DNA of 64,000 nt from NCBI GenBank assembly GCA_937625935.1, contig OW569358.1, positions 475,434 to 539,433 on the forward strand, in the 5' to 3' direction. Source of the stretch: Tetramitus jugosus. Taxonomy: Eukaryota; Protista; Heterolobosea. The notes under the pieces are model-generated. The model ran no database searches, was not told the origin of the DNA, and saw nothing but the letters and a program-made list of their open reading frames with translations. This document shows, piece after piece, positions 19,798 through 31,538 of the stretch; position 1 is the first letter of the stretch, and each line of letters begins with the position of its first letter. A program made the translations under genes and the position numbers.

Positions 19798-20364
19798 ATG
19801 CCTACTCTAAGAGTCAGAGTTATTAGCGCAAACAATTTGCCTCGCATGGACACCTTCTCTCAAAGTGACGCCTACTGTCAATTGAGATGCGGAGGTCAAT
19901 TCTTCCAGACACAAGTCTTCAAAAGAAGTAACAACCCCCAGTGGAATGCAGAGTTCTCCTTTAATCTGATGAATCCAATGGCAGAAAGTCTTCAGGTCTC
20001 TGTTTGGGACAAGGACAGATTCTCGAGAGACGACCAGATAGGATATGCCATGTTTCCTCTGGGTCAGCTCTACGTTGGCAGGCCCACCCCTCAGACCATG
20101 CCTCTCCAAGGAGGAAAAGGAGGCACTGTGACAGTCGAGTTGACTGCTTTGGATTTTGGAATCGGTATGCCAGGAATGCAGCAACCTTATGGTGCTCCTG
20201 TTCCTCCCATGATGGGTCCATCATACTATCCTCCAAATCCATATCAACAACCCAATCCATACCATCAACCTCCAATGATGCCACCTCCAAATCCTTATCA
20301 ACAACCTTATGGCTACCCACAGGCCTATCCTGGAACTGGCTATCACCCTCCTGGATATTACTGA
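19798..20364 (+). CDS. C2-domain protein with proline/tyrosine-rich tail
   Basis: LRVRVISANNLPRMDTFSQSDAY...NPQWNAEF...VWDKDRFSRDDQIG (Ca2+-binding Asp residues present); PPNPYQQP repeats. Confidence 0.92.
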   Translation: MPTLRVRVISANNLPRMDTFSQSDAYCQLRCGGQFFQTQVFKRSNNPQWNAEFSFNLMNPMAESLQVSVWDKDRFSRDDQIGYAMFPLGQLYVGRPTPQTMPLQGGKGGTVTVELTALDFGIGMPGMQQPYGAPVPPMMGPSYYPPNPYQQPNPYHQPPMMPPPNPYQQPYGYPQAYPGTGYHPPGYY

Positions 20365-20563
20365 TTGATAGATCCATTCAGATTAAACCAATAAAATTGT
20401 AATGTTGTGAACTAACTTTAAATGTAACGATCAACCGAAACACCCTAAAAATAACTGACATCGTTATGATGGTTATTGTTGTGACGAACCCAGGCCATTC
20501 AGTCAGTGATAAATCAACCATCTCCTAACATATCCATAACCCTTTACACTACAATTCACTCAA

Positions 20564-22000
20564 ATGAAACTCGATCAACCCTTGAAGAGAAACGTGAAGG
20601 AATTGTTCAGTGAGACCGATTCAAAACAATCACATCAAAAAGTGACCAACTCTAGCAAGAGCTGGTTTGAAACAATGATGCGACAATTCAATCAATTCTT
20701 GAAACCATCACTATCCGACAAGCAGATAAACAAACTCAAGAACCATACGATGACCGAAGTATCGAGCAAGTCAATCATTGACAAGAAATTGATAATGCCC
20801 TATGTGTACGAACCTCTCTCCAAGCATGCTCCTCATTGGATGCTCTCCACAAAGCTCCTTCCTCTGGTCAGTTTCAGTTGTATTTGCATCTCTGCTTTGT
20901 TGTGTTATTGGTTTGCTTTGAAGTCAGAAACACCAGAACAAACTCTACCAATTGGTCAAAACAATGTGCCTCGTATTGTGTTTTTCATCACAGGACTGCT
21001 CATGCTTTGTTATCGAGTATTAGACGGTCTTGGATCCATGATGAAATTGAAAGAGAATGCTTTCTTCCGATTAACCGATCCTGGAATCAAAGCTCTGGGG
21101 TATTCACTAGTTATGATACCTTGGCTGATACAGTGTGGAAATGGTGTAGGTTCAACTGGAATGTTCTTCGTTTTCTTATCAGGTTGGTTGAGCTTCTTGT
21201 TTGATTCATTGAAGCAGGATGAAACAACAGATGAGAAAAACATAGTGGCAGGCTGGTGGTCTGAAGGATTGTGGCTCTATTCTCTCGGGTTTGTTATCTC
21301 CGGTTTGATTGACGGTAATTTGTGGAATAGACCATTGAAAAACTTCTCAGCAAAGCTCACTACTTTCTACTTGCCGTTTTTGGCCAACACGAGGATGAGT
21401 ACCGTGTTGAATGTGGCTGTGGTGTTGGCTGGAGTCGTTGCTTCGTTTCACAGCATCGTTCATGTCATTCAAGCAATGAGAGATCACTCCAGGAGAATTG
21501 AAAAGGATCATCCGAATAGAGGCTGGTTGTCCAGTCCAACATCAAAAGCATTGAACATCATAATTCTCATGTCCTTGATATCGACCTGGGTTGTTGCGTC
21601 TAGTGAGGAGTTATTCTCCCAACATCCTTACTTGATGATTGTGACTCTCGGGCTTCAAATGGGTTATTTGTTGTCGAATCACTCCCTGAGCTCTATCTTT
21701 GAGGATAATGATTTCTCCGTGGTGTCATTGATTAGCTGCATAGCCCCCGTTAGTTTATGCTTGCTCAATTGCTTCGCCTGGAGAATCATTGGAATTGGAA
21801 TCATAACAGAGAGTACCAGTCTGATCTTTCTCTCTATCTTCTCGTTGCTCAACTGTGGCCGGTTTGTGATAAGCCTGAGTCCAACACTGACAGAATCGTA
21901 CAAGGATACCTCTTCCACAGCTATCCACGCAACAAGCAAGGATCACGGAAGTCTGGACAACCAGACTTACGACGAGCATTTGACGACAAGCATACCATAA
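20564..22000 (+). CDS. Choline/ethanolamine phosphotransferase (CDP-alcohol phosphatidyltransferase)-like membrane protein with degenerate catalytic motif
   Basis: Polytopic, with a CEPT1-like layout (L..LKNH..S...D....P.W; VPRIVFFITGL..LCYRVLDG; FSQHPYL). The DxxDGxxAR...G...DxxxD signature is eroded. Confidence 0.7.
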   Translation: MKLDQPLKRNVKELFSETDSKQSHQKVTNSSKSWFETMMRQFNQFLKPSLSDKQINKLKNHTMTEVSSKSIIDKKLIMPYVYEPLSKHAPHWMLSTKLLPLVSFSCICISALLCYWFALKSETPEQTLPIGQNNVPRIVFFITGLLMLCYRVLDGLGSMMKLKENAFFRLTDPGIKALGYSLVMIPWLIQCGNGVGSTGMFFVFLSGWLSFLFDSLKQDETTDEKNIVAGWWSEGLWLYSLGFVISGLIDGNLWNRPLKNFSAKLTTFYLPFLANTRMSTVLNVAVVLAGVVASFHSIVHVIQAMRDHSRRIEKDHPNRGWLSSPTSKALNIIILMSLISTWVVASSEELFSQHPYLMIVTLGLQMGYLLSNHSLSSIFEDNDFSVVSLISCIAPVSLCLLNCFAWRIIGIGIITESTSLIFLSIFSLLNCGRFVISLSPTLTESYKDTSSTAIHATSKDHGSLDNQTYDEHLTTSIP

Positions 22001-22511
22001 TTATTCCCCGCGGACTTACGAATCCTTCGTTCAGCAGCGAATCATAAAAATAGCATGTCAAGTGTCAAAATTTAACCAATATTCCTTTGAAAAATGATGC
22101 AGACGGGACGAATCAGATACGAAAGCATGGTATCCTGCCCAGATGGAGGGTACACACTCCAGCATGGATGATTGTGTGTCCTCTGTGCATTCCTTTTTTT
22201 AAGTCATTGCCTACTGTACCATCCTCTCAGAAACAGAGAAACAACCCAACAAAACAGAATATTCCTTGCGAATCCCAAAAACACTCACCCACCACCAAAT
22301 TTTGTCCCATCTGGCTGTGTGAGCAAACAACACTTCTCTTACTCGTTGTACACTTCCTTTCTTTTTACCACAACCTAAAAATTCAGTTCACCAGCAGCTC
22401 GAAGAAAAACCATTGAAGAAACAACCAATAATAATAACAACAAAATAAATAGACAACACTTACCAGTGAACAACACAATAACTACCACTATAACTAACAA
22501 CATTAATAACC

Positions 22512-23420
22512 ATGGGAAGAAAGAGTCGCAGCAGCAGTCGCAAATCATCCAAATCCGCAGCAAGTCCAGCTGCCTCACCCTCAGACAATAATCGTGAATT
22601 GAATGAAGTTTCACTTGACAATACTAATAGCAACAATAACCACAGTGGTGACGGAGGTAACATCGAACCCATCGTCATGGGATTGATTGGAGGAATGGCT
22701 GATCTCTCCATTGTGGCCACTTATCCAACAACGGCCAACGTGCACGAAACCATCATCAACATGCTCCTTCCAAAACTGCCGTATGAGAACCATCAACGAA
22801 CCATTGCAAACGGCGATTACGAGTATCACATCCGAGTTCACAACCACAGTGCCTACATTTGTGTTTCGCCCACTGGAGCCAACCGAAAAATTATTTGGGC
22901 CTTCGTGGAAGCTGTGCTCAACAGCTATGAGCCATTGTCAAAAAAGGTGAACAGCAGTAAATCATTGAGTGAAATGATAAAGAAACACATGGTGACATAC
23001 AATGACCCATCAGCAGAAAAGCTTACACTGCTGAACGAGAAAATGAACACAATGACAAAGGAAGCAGTGACTAAGCTTGACCTAGCACGGACAAGAGTAG
23101 AGTGTCTTCAGGAGCGGATGGAGCACGAGGAAGATGAAGACGATGATGGCATTCTGTGGAAGAGAGGCTCAGCTACGAGCAGAAGTCATAAGCACATTGA
23201 TGATTCCCCTGAAGGCACACCGAGAGTTCAATCCGATGAAGACGGAGAACTTGCCGTAGAGAGCACAAAGCGCGCCAAATGGTTACGCTGCTTCAAGTGG
23301 TCACTGCTCATTTTTGTCTTGTTGGCGATTGCTTTGGGTGGTGCGACGGCTGGAATCTTGCTCGGTTGCGGTGTGCCTCACTTTGAACGATGCAAGTTCA
23401 CTCGTGTCAAAGCCAAGTAA
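22512..23420 (+). CDS. Longin-domain R-SNARE (VAMP7-like), divergent
   Basis: Longin pattern (LLPKLP..DYEYH..AYICVS..RKIIWAFVEAV), short coiled coil, C-terminal TM ending CGVPHFERC. Confidence 0.8.
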   Translation: MGRKSRSSSRKSSKSAASPAASPSDNNRELNEVSLDNTNSNNNHSGDGGNIEPIVMGLIGGMADLSIVATYPTTANVHETIINMLLPKLPYENHQRTIANGDYEYHIRVHNHSAYICVSPTGANRKIIWAFVEAVLNSYEPLSKKVNSSKSLSEMIKKHMVTYNDPSAEKLTLLNEKMNTMTKEAVTKLDLARTRVECLQERMEHEEDEDDDGILWKRGSATSRSHKHIDDSPEGTPRVQSDEDGELAVESTKRAKWLRCFKWSLLIFVLLAIALGGATAGILLGCGVPHFERCKFTRVKAK

Positions 23421-23792
23421 GTGCAATATGGCATTTCACTCGAAAGCTTTTTGCTCGGGCACCTCCACACACAACTCATATGACCTCCTCCATCCGAAAT
23501 CAAAGATTGCATTGTCCTTTGCTCCCTGTACAGCAGCAAGTACAACAATTATTCCTGCTCTTGCCTCCTATAATTTCATTGACACAAGTCAGCCAACGAT
23601 GCTCTCCCTGCCAGTCAAAGAAGCTCTCCTCCAATATTCAATTGAATTAAACTTCTTAGGAATGAATGTCCAAAGAACATTCCATTCACTTTAAAATTCT
23701 AAAAAGCTGCCCGATTTGATTATTTTTGCAATAATTATTATTCGTTGTTTATCTAGGATATTACAGTCGGGTTGATAGAATTAATAGGTCAC

Positions 23793-25445
23793 TTAGGGTT
23801 TGTAGTGTGTCACACTCGGGTCAGGATAGATGAAATATGGATATTGTTTGAACGAAGCAAACATGTACAGTGGCATCATTAGATTGGCACTCATTTGTTT
23901 TTTCATGTGCTCGACGGACACAAACTCACCCAAATCATCAGCACCACCCACGTAATGACCATCCTTTATCAATCCCCAGACATCATCTTCAGTTTCAATC
24001 GTTCTTCCCATGTGCTCTAAACTCTGCTTCATTTCCACATGGGCAAACGAGTTCATTTTCACGACATAGGATTTTGGATGTAAGCACCAAGAACAGTGCC
24101 ATCCAGCGAAACAACTCATGGATCCTACATTGACTTGCGGTTTGTTGGCACACGAGTATCGAACAGTGTTTGTGTTGAGCTTTGAAGATGCTTCTCTCAA
24201 TGCTCGGAAAGTGACAGTGTTACACTTGTTCCATGGTGATCCATTGTCTCTCGTATAGCCATAGTACATCCATCTCATTGAATAACTAACAGCTGCATCT
24301 ATCTTGTGGTGGTGCCACTTGAGCAGATAGAGTGCATCTGGATGCGGCATTTCATCCATATCTGAGATATTAATCAAATCATCGTCAGTAGGCGGATCAG
24401 CCTCGCCATACACCTTGTCAGTTGGATTCGAATCTATTCCCTGCTTACGATCAATGAGTTTTTGAAGACCAACCGATCCTATTGAGTTTCGAAACAGAGA
24501 CTCGTTCTCCCAATACTTGAAGTCACTCGTTTGAGTTTCCACAACAACATGCAAAATCTGTTTCTCAAATTTGGCAAATCTGGCCTTATTTTGCATAAAG
24601 TGAAGAGGTTTTGGCTTATTTTGCAGCGTCATTCTTGCCTCTACAATAATAAAGTAGTCAACAACTTTGTGCAGTTCGTTCAATCTCACTTCTAATAAAT
24701 CGAATTCATCATTAAACGTGAAACCATCAAAAATTCTGACTGGTTTCTCCCGGAGCTTTTCTTCGCCACGATTTCCAATTATTGAAGACACTTCATCTCT
24801 CAAGCACTCTTGTATCATACTGTCATTGAATTTCGTATGGTCATAATTTCGTTTCACTTCAAATTGACTCATTGGAATCTGTGATTGCGGAATGGCTTCT
24901 TGTTGCTTCTGTTGTGTTGTTTTCTGGTGGCGACACCTCGTGTTCGTAAATTTCAAATGGGTGGGAATTGCTTTCCAACCATTGTTCATCTTGCTTTCGT
25001 CATTCGCACCATGTTCAACGGCCTTATTTTCCTTTGTAGCTGCCGTATTGCTCGTACTTGTATTCACTTTTTTATGATTTTTGCTTCTCTGTTCATCTTT
25101 CTCTTCTCGAACAGCAGAGATGATAGTTACTTTATTCTTCTCTTCTTGTTGTTCGATATTGTTCTTGTTGTTCTTACTTTTCGTCGTTTCTTTTATCTTG
25201 TCCCCAATTGCATCAATGTTTTTAATCGTTGGGTTGTTATTCTCTTCACCACCAATAGTAGTAAATCGACTGTAGAGCCCTTGAGTCACTTGTTTTTGAG
25301 AGAGTGCATCTGCTGCAGTTTGAAGCTTTCGTTCATGTTGTTTCGTGCCATCGATACTCTTTTTGTAGAGACCAAGTGACATGATGAGCCATAGGATAGA
25401 GCACGATAGAATGAGGAACAATAGGCCCTTACCCCTGAGATTCAT
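23793..25445 (-). CDS. MGAT3: Glycosyltransferase family 17 (beta-1,4-GlcNAc-transferase III-like)
   Basis: Type II membrane anchor; IFDGFTFNDEFDLLEVRLNEL..VDYFIIVEA..T...KPKPLHF, DDLINISDMDEMP, AGWHCSWC. Confidence 0.85.
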   Translation of the reverse strand: MNLRGKGLLFLILSCSILWLIMSLGLYKKSIDGTKQHERKLQTAADALSQKQVTQGLYSRFTTIGGEENNNPTIKNIDAIGDKIKETTKSKNNKNNIEQQEEKNKVTIISAVREEKDEQRSKNHKKVNTSTSNTAATKENKAVEHGANDESKMNNGWKAIPTHLKFTNTRCRHQKTTQQKQQEAIPQSQIPMSQFEVKRNYDHTKFNDSMIQECLRDEVSSIIGNRGEEKLREKPVRIFDGFTFNDEFDLLEVRLNELHKVVDYFIIVEARMTLQNKPKPLHFMQNKARFAKFEKQILHVVVETQTSDFKYWENESLFRNSIGSVGLQKLIDRKQGIDSNPTDKVYGEADPPTDDDLINISDMDEMPHPDALYLLKWHHHKIDAAVSYSMRWMYYGYTRDNGSPWNKCNTVTFRALREASSKLNTNTVRYSCANKPQVNVGSMSCFAGWHCSWCLHPKSYVVKMNSFAHVEMKQSLEHMGRTIETEDDVWGLIKDGHYVGGADDLGEFVSVEHMKKQMSANLMMPLYMFASFKQYPYFIYPDPSVTHYKP

Positions 25446-25819
25446 CTTGTTTGTCGGTTGTGTTAACTTTTTGTGTTCGCTCTAGTGGCGGCGTGGAATC
25501 TTCGCTCTTTGAAGGTAGGTTCGAAATTGGACATTGCGTCAAGTTCAACTTAGCGCGACTTGCATATCTCCACACAAATTCCATTCTTTAAGGAGGTTGG
25601 AATCTCAAGTGCTTGTATCTGGTTTATCTCATCATATCGAGATGAGAGCTACTGCCACTACTTTCCCACTTGATTTCAGTTTCCCGCCATTCCCGCCCTA
25701 TCTATCTTTTTGGACCTTGCGAAAAACAGCAACAACAATTTTCCAAAAACAATAACAAAAACAATCGGAGCAAACATCAAAAACGCGCCTAATCGCTCGC
25801 TCACACACGCAACTACTCA

Positions 25820-28800
25820 ATGAAGAAAAGGAGAAGCAACATCTTGTATGACGATGACGACGACGACGATGATGATGATAACACTAGCAACAACAATAAC
25901 ATTAAAAAGCAACCATCCACATCAACATCCACTGAAGAATCAAGATTAGCAAGTAGTAAACGATCTATACTGACTGATAGTGATCTCCTGGTATTTTCAT
26001 CCGATGTAGGTGGTGTTCGATCAAGTAAACTACGTGCCATTCACAACAATTATGTCGAATCAAAACAAGATTTGAGAAAAAGGTTCAAGAATGATGTTCA
26101 ATCATCATCATCACCAGTGTCATCATCATCAAAAAAGACCATGGTAGAAAAAGAAACAAAAAATAAATCAAATAACAAGAGTAACAACAATATCGATAGT
26201 AATAAGAATAAAATTGGTCATGATGATGAAAAGAAAAAGAGGGAAAATGAAAATGAGAAGAAGAAGAAGAATAGCAATCAAGAAGAATTGACAATCAATA
26301 GGAGAAGGAGGAAACGAAGGTCCATTGTGCTCGATTCTCCATCATCATCATCTTCTGATGAATCAAACAATGATGAAAAAGAAGAACAAAAGAAGAATCG
26401 GACAGCAAAGAAGGAAATGCAAAACATGAAAATCAATGAACAGAAAAATGAAAAATCAAACAACAAAAGTAACAAGAAACAGAGTAATGGCGTCTCTACC
26501 ACTGTTGTTCGCACAAAAATCAATCATGAAAAATCAACAAAGAATGCTGAACGTACTATAGTCAAAAACAACAATGATAATGGTAATGACAAGAAGATGT
26601 CCATTCAGAAGAAGAATGAAGGAAAAACAAGTAACAAGAGAGGAGATGAGAAGAAGAATCACAAGAGAAGAAAGAGAGTAATTAGCAGTGATAGCAGTAG
26701 TAGTAGTGATAGTGATGATAGTGACAGTGATAGTAGTAGTGATGGTGAGAATAATGAGTTGATGCCAAGAGTCAAACGAAAAAGAAGTATCAGTCATGCA
26801 AAGGTCGATCGATCAGAGAGTGATCATGTGTCACAAGTTACGAAACGAAGGCGGAAATCCATCTCATCCAATCGATCAGAAGACGATACCAATGACGATC
26901 ATCATAAATCAACAAAAAGCACAAAGAGCACAAAGACGAAAACTAAGAGTAATGATGACGAAACGAGTGAAAAAACAAGGAAGAATAAGCAAAAAGCATC
27001 AATGGCAGAACTATCCAAATTTGAATACATTCCAAAGAGTATGTGGCAAATTGCATCAAGCACTTTCTATTCTTTCTTTGTTCGAATTGTTTACATGGTT
27101 GGAACTAACAATTATTCATTACTATGGTTAATGTGTTTGTCTCTTATTGATGTTGTTGCTATCATGATTCATAGATATTTATATCGGTGGTAGGAGGCCA
27201 AGTGTGGACGATGACGATGCGGATGATCATCAGTGCAATTGCGTGCTTCCATTTGGTAAGATACCTGATGATGCAGTCTTTTGTGGAAACAATTGTGTAA
27301 ATCGAATGTTAAATATCGAATGTAGTAAGAAATTGTGTCCATGTGGTGAAAGATGTAGCAATCAACGGTTTCAGAGAAGACAATGGGCCGATACAGAGAT
27401 ACGTGATGTTGGTCTAAAGGGCCGAGGTCTATTTACGAAGCAAAAGTTGAAGAAGGGAGAGTTTGTGATTGAGTATGTAGGCGAGGTGATTGACGAAGAT
27501 GCATACCACGATCGAAAGCACATGTATGACGGTGAAAGGCACTTTTATTTTTTGTCATTGGACTCACAGCATGTGATTGATGCATCTCGGCGGGGCAACA
27601 AGGGTCGCTTCATTAATCATTCGTGCAATCCAAACTGTGAACTACAGAAATGGAATGTGGGAGAAGAGGCCAGAATCGGAATATTTACAATCAAAGATAT
27701 TCCAGCAAACGCGGAACTAACGTTTGATTATGCAATGGAAGTGTATGGAATGAAGCGACAAAAGTGCTATTGTGGAGAGCCGAATTGTCGAGGATCCATT
27801 AAATCGAAAGAAAAGGAAGAAAAAGTTTTGACACAAAAGCAGTTGGAGAACATGGAGAAAGCGAAACGGAAGAAAAAGATGCGGCAAGTGTCAGAGTACA
27901 CATTGAAGCATCAAGATGATTTCAAAGTTACTGATATGATTGATGAGATGGCATATACGAATCGATTATTTTTGGTGCGGAATTGGAGACTAGGAAAGCG
28001 CCAGAGAATCATAGAGTTTATTAGAGCAGAGAGATTATATGCGAGTGAGAGTGAGGAGTCCGAGGATGACGTGGACGAATTTGGTTTAACTGCAAGAGAG
28101 CGTCGTAAGCAATTAGAGAGATATGAAGCGCTGCAGAAGATGCATCTACAACCAGCAGGACGTACTACACGTACGAATCGAAACATGAAACAAGACACCC
28201 AAACAACAGAAAAAACAAAAAACAGAGACAAGGAAGAGGAAAAATCCAAGAAGGTATCCAAGCCTCCTTCATCGAATCCATTAAGAAGAAGGAAACGAGC
28301 AGTCGAGAGCAATTCTGATAGTGAAAGTAGCGACAGTGATCGTGAAAACAATCACAATGCCAGAAGAAAGAGAAGAAGGGTGAGTACAAAATCAGAGGTG
28401 GATACGAAGGGTACTGAAACTTCCGATCGACCAGATAAGAAGAGAAACGACAAATTTGAAATTGCAAAGTTGAGTCTGCCTGATAAGCCTCCAACGTCGA
28501 AGAAGGATGTTAAGCGTGAGGTTACGACTCAACCGAAAAAGAAATCTGAAGAAAAAGAAGCAAAGAAAGAGGTAGATATCAGTCGTCGAACTAAGAGTAC
28601 AAAACGTAGATTGATCGACAGTAGTGATTCTAGTGATTCAGACTCTAGTAGCTTTGAGTTCCGATTGGATGACCCATTCAAGCCGAGCAAACCAAAACCA
28701 AAAACAAATACAGCGAAACCTTCACCGAAGACAAATGGTGTGCGAAAGGGTGTCGAAACGATTAGTCCAAAGACGAAGAAGACTTTGAACAGGAATAAGA

Positions 28801-29093
28801 AGGCAATATTTTCTTCCTCATCATCTGATGATGACCGGGAAACTGAAAAATACACGAAGAGGAAGCCGCAAGCGAAAACACTTGTTAAAGCTGTCACAGC
28901 ACCCCAAGAATCAAAGAGCAGCACAGCCAAGTCGAATATTGCCTCCAAGAGCACAACACCAGCTCCCACGAATAGCAAGGCAGCTGTACCAACAAAACCA
29001 AGCAGTTCCTCAAATTCAAACCCCAAACCGAACGGATTTGGTTTATTTTCTCTTCTGGATCAGCCAGCAGTCAAAAAACAGACTCAAAAGTAA
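25820..29093 (+). CDS. AWS-SET-postSET histone lysine methyltransferase (H3K36, SET2/ASH1/NSD class), two exons
   Basis: Intron 27039-27174 (GTATGT...TAG) joins EYIPK/NIYIGG in frame. AWS CGNNCVNRMLNIEC..CPCGERCSNQRFQ; SET RFINHSCNPNC, ELTFDY; post-SET CYCGEPNCRG. Confidence 0.92.
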
Positions 29094-29176
29094 ATGAGTT
29101 GAATTATTTATTGAACATGATTATTTATTTATTCACACATGATATAATGTGATGCATAAAATCCTAATGATGGTAC

Positions 29177-30568
29177 CTATTCCTGTAATATTTCATTTTC
29201 GAGAGCAATCTCACAGAACCGATGGAACGACAGTATCCTCTCTGCAATGTCCTTCGATATATCAAGAGGACTAAATCTCTCTTCGATTGCATCTTCCTCC
29301 AGATCACTCTCCAAGTTTGAATCACCTAATTCTTCAGTTTCTTCCTCCGATTCATACTCCTTCTCCATCTGCTTCAGGTATGGCATTTTCTGTTCTCTCT
29401 TTGCTCTCAATTCATCACTACCTGCACTCAATTGAATCACTTGTGCGTGAGATCCCGATTCTAATGTCTTACTACTGTTGATGGGAGATGGAAGATCCAA
29501 AGTATGAGGTTTCCTCCGAGTTCTACTCGTTGTCTGATGAGATTTGGTTTCAGTCCTTTTGGACGAACGATTTCTTGTCGTCTTGCTCTGTTGTGCCGAT
29601 TCTTCATTTTCTGTGCTCGACTCTGTTTCATCATTCAACTTTTTAGCTCTATTTGCTCGTGTGTTGTTGTGACTAGTAGTAGTAGTAGTATTACTATTAT
29701 TATTGCTATTGTAGCTATTGTTCCTTGCTCGTTTGGAAGCTCTAGCACGACTAGATGATCTAGATGAAGAACTTCTCTTATTGTTCTTCCTATTATTATT
29801 ATTGTTGTTGTTGTTGTTATTGCTGTCGTTTTCATTGTTGTTATTCCCTAGTTTTCTTTTGAAGGAAGAATTCTCCATTTCTTCACTCTCTTCTTCATAT
29901 TCTTCTCCTTCTTCATCATTTTCATCATTTTCATCATTTTCATCATTTTCATCACTGTGTCCCTCATGTTCATGTTCATGATGATGATGATAAAATACAT
30001 CATGAGCTTGTTGTCTTGCCCTTTTGAGAGTACGTGTCATTCTTCTACTCTTCCGAGATGAAACAAGCAACTTGTTTTCACTGTCATCATCTTCATCATC
30101 ATTATCATCAGTGTCTTCTGAAGATGTAGGTGGTCTGGATGGCCTCTGAGATTCAACTTCTCTTTTCAAAGTAAGAAGCTTCTTATTGTTGTTGTTATTA
30201 TGAGTGTTTACCTTGTTGTTCAGCTCTAATGGTAGTGTATTGTTCTCACTCTTTACATGTTCATTGTTTTCTTCCTTCTTCTTCTTCTTGTTACTGGTAG
30301 CAGACTTTTTTCGAGAACTTTGACTCAAATCAATATTTTCATGTTTTCTCTTGAACGAACGAAGATCACTACGGTAGTGACCTTCACACACACGTCCACT
30401 GTGATCCTTCTTGACGGGGTATTCGTTTCGGAGAGAAGACAGAAGACGAGTGCCCTTTCGAAAACAGTCCTTGATGGCACAATAGAGAATGGTATCATTG
30501 TTTTTGGGAGAAGGTGTGGTGTTTGGGTGCCTAGTGTCGTTTAGAGCTAAGATTGGTTGTGAGAACAT
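29177..30568 (-). CDS. Low-complexity nuclear protein with possible small Cys/His zinc-binding domain
   Basis: Open frame to 30799, likely start MFSQP at 30568. CAIKDC...VCEGH, basic NLS-like runs, N/E/H tracts. Confidence 0.65.
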   Translation of the reverse strand: MFSQPILALNDTRHPNTTPSPKNNDTILYCAIKDCFRKGTRLLSSLRNEYPVKKDHSGRVCEGHYRSDLRSFKRKHENIDLSQSSRKKSATSNKKKKKEENNEHVKSENNTLPLELNNKVNTHNNNNNKKLLTLKREVESQRPSRPPTSSEDTDDNDDEDDDSENKLLVSSRKSRRMTRTLKRARQQAHDVFYHHHHEHEHEGHSDENDENDENDENDEEGEEYEEESEEMENSSFKRKLGNNNNENDSNNNNNNNNNNRKNNKRSSSSRSSSRARASKRARNNSYNSNNNSNTTTTTSHNNTRANRAKKLNDETESSTENEESAQQSKTTRNRSSKRTETKSHQTTSRTRRKPHTLDLPSPINSSKTLESGSHAQVIQLSAGSDELRAKREQKMPYLKQMEKEYESEEETEELGDSNLESDLEEDAIEERFSPLDISKDIAERILSFHRFCEIALENEILQE

Positions 30569-31538
30569 GAATTGTGATGTGTTTGTTGTGTGTGTGCGTG
30601 TGTGTGTGTGGTGAGGTGTTTGAGTGTTTGGGAGTATATAGTGGATTGTTTTTTGTGGATAAAGTGTATGAATGGAAGAATTGTTGTTTGTGATTTTGGT
30701 GGTTGATGTGGTTTGTGGTTTGTGGTTTGTGGTTTGTGATACGGGTGAGTGGTTGAGTGGTTGAGTGAGTGACATACCTTCTAGTTCTTGTTGGATCATG
30801 ATGGTTGTTGGGTTATTGGGTTGTTGGTTTCTTGTTGTTTGTTGTTGTTGGAAGTGGAATTATGGGAAGAAGATTATAGTTTGTGTTTTGTCCCTGGATT
30901 GTCTTTGTGGAATCACCGGAGATTGTAGTTTTGTTGCTGGCTATTGGAAAACGGTCAGCTTTCCGACCTGGATTTTTTTTCTGTGGTTGGCTTTTTGACT
31001 CTGGGTTTTTAGAGCTCTAATATTGAGGATCGACTTTTTGGGGGTCACGACTCAGTGAGAGCTTTGTTGGTTTTGGTTGAGAGATGCTTAGATCCGAGAG
31101 GTGTTTTTTGGAAGAGTGAATTCACTTCGCAGTAAATGGAGCTTCCAAATTTTGTGTATTCTTGTTTGGTTTCAGTGAGTTGGAGAATGAGAGGATCTTG
31201 TGAGAATTGGCGTCCCTTGTTTCTTGCAGACACTGTTTTGTATTGTTGTTTTATTGGATGGTCTCTAAGGGGGAATGGATGAAAAGACACCTGTTTGAAT
31301 CGAAAGATTTTTTGAATGGGTTTTTTCAAAACAAGGTTGTGACACACACATTGTGTAGTCGGATAATCGCCCAACGCCGCCAAAATTTTCTCCGAGATCG
31401 GATTTGAATCTTCATTCAAAAAACGCAACACAAAATCATTTCTCCGAGGTTCAACAACGAACAAAAACAACGAAATACAACAATACACACAAACTAAACC
31501 AAACAACAACAACAACTCAATATATCTAACAAACTAAA

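Noticed and set aside
31045-31515. 156-aa minus-strand ORF between two divergent genes
   Set aside because: Non-ATG start, no domain, and it overlaps the probable bidirectional promoter and UTR region.
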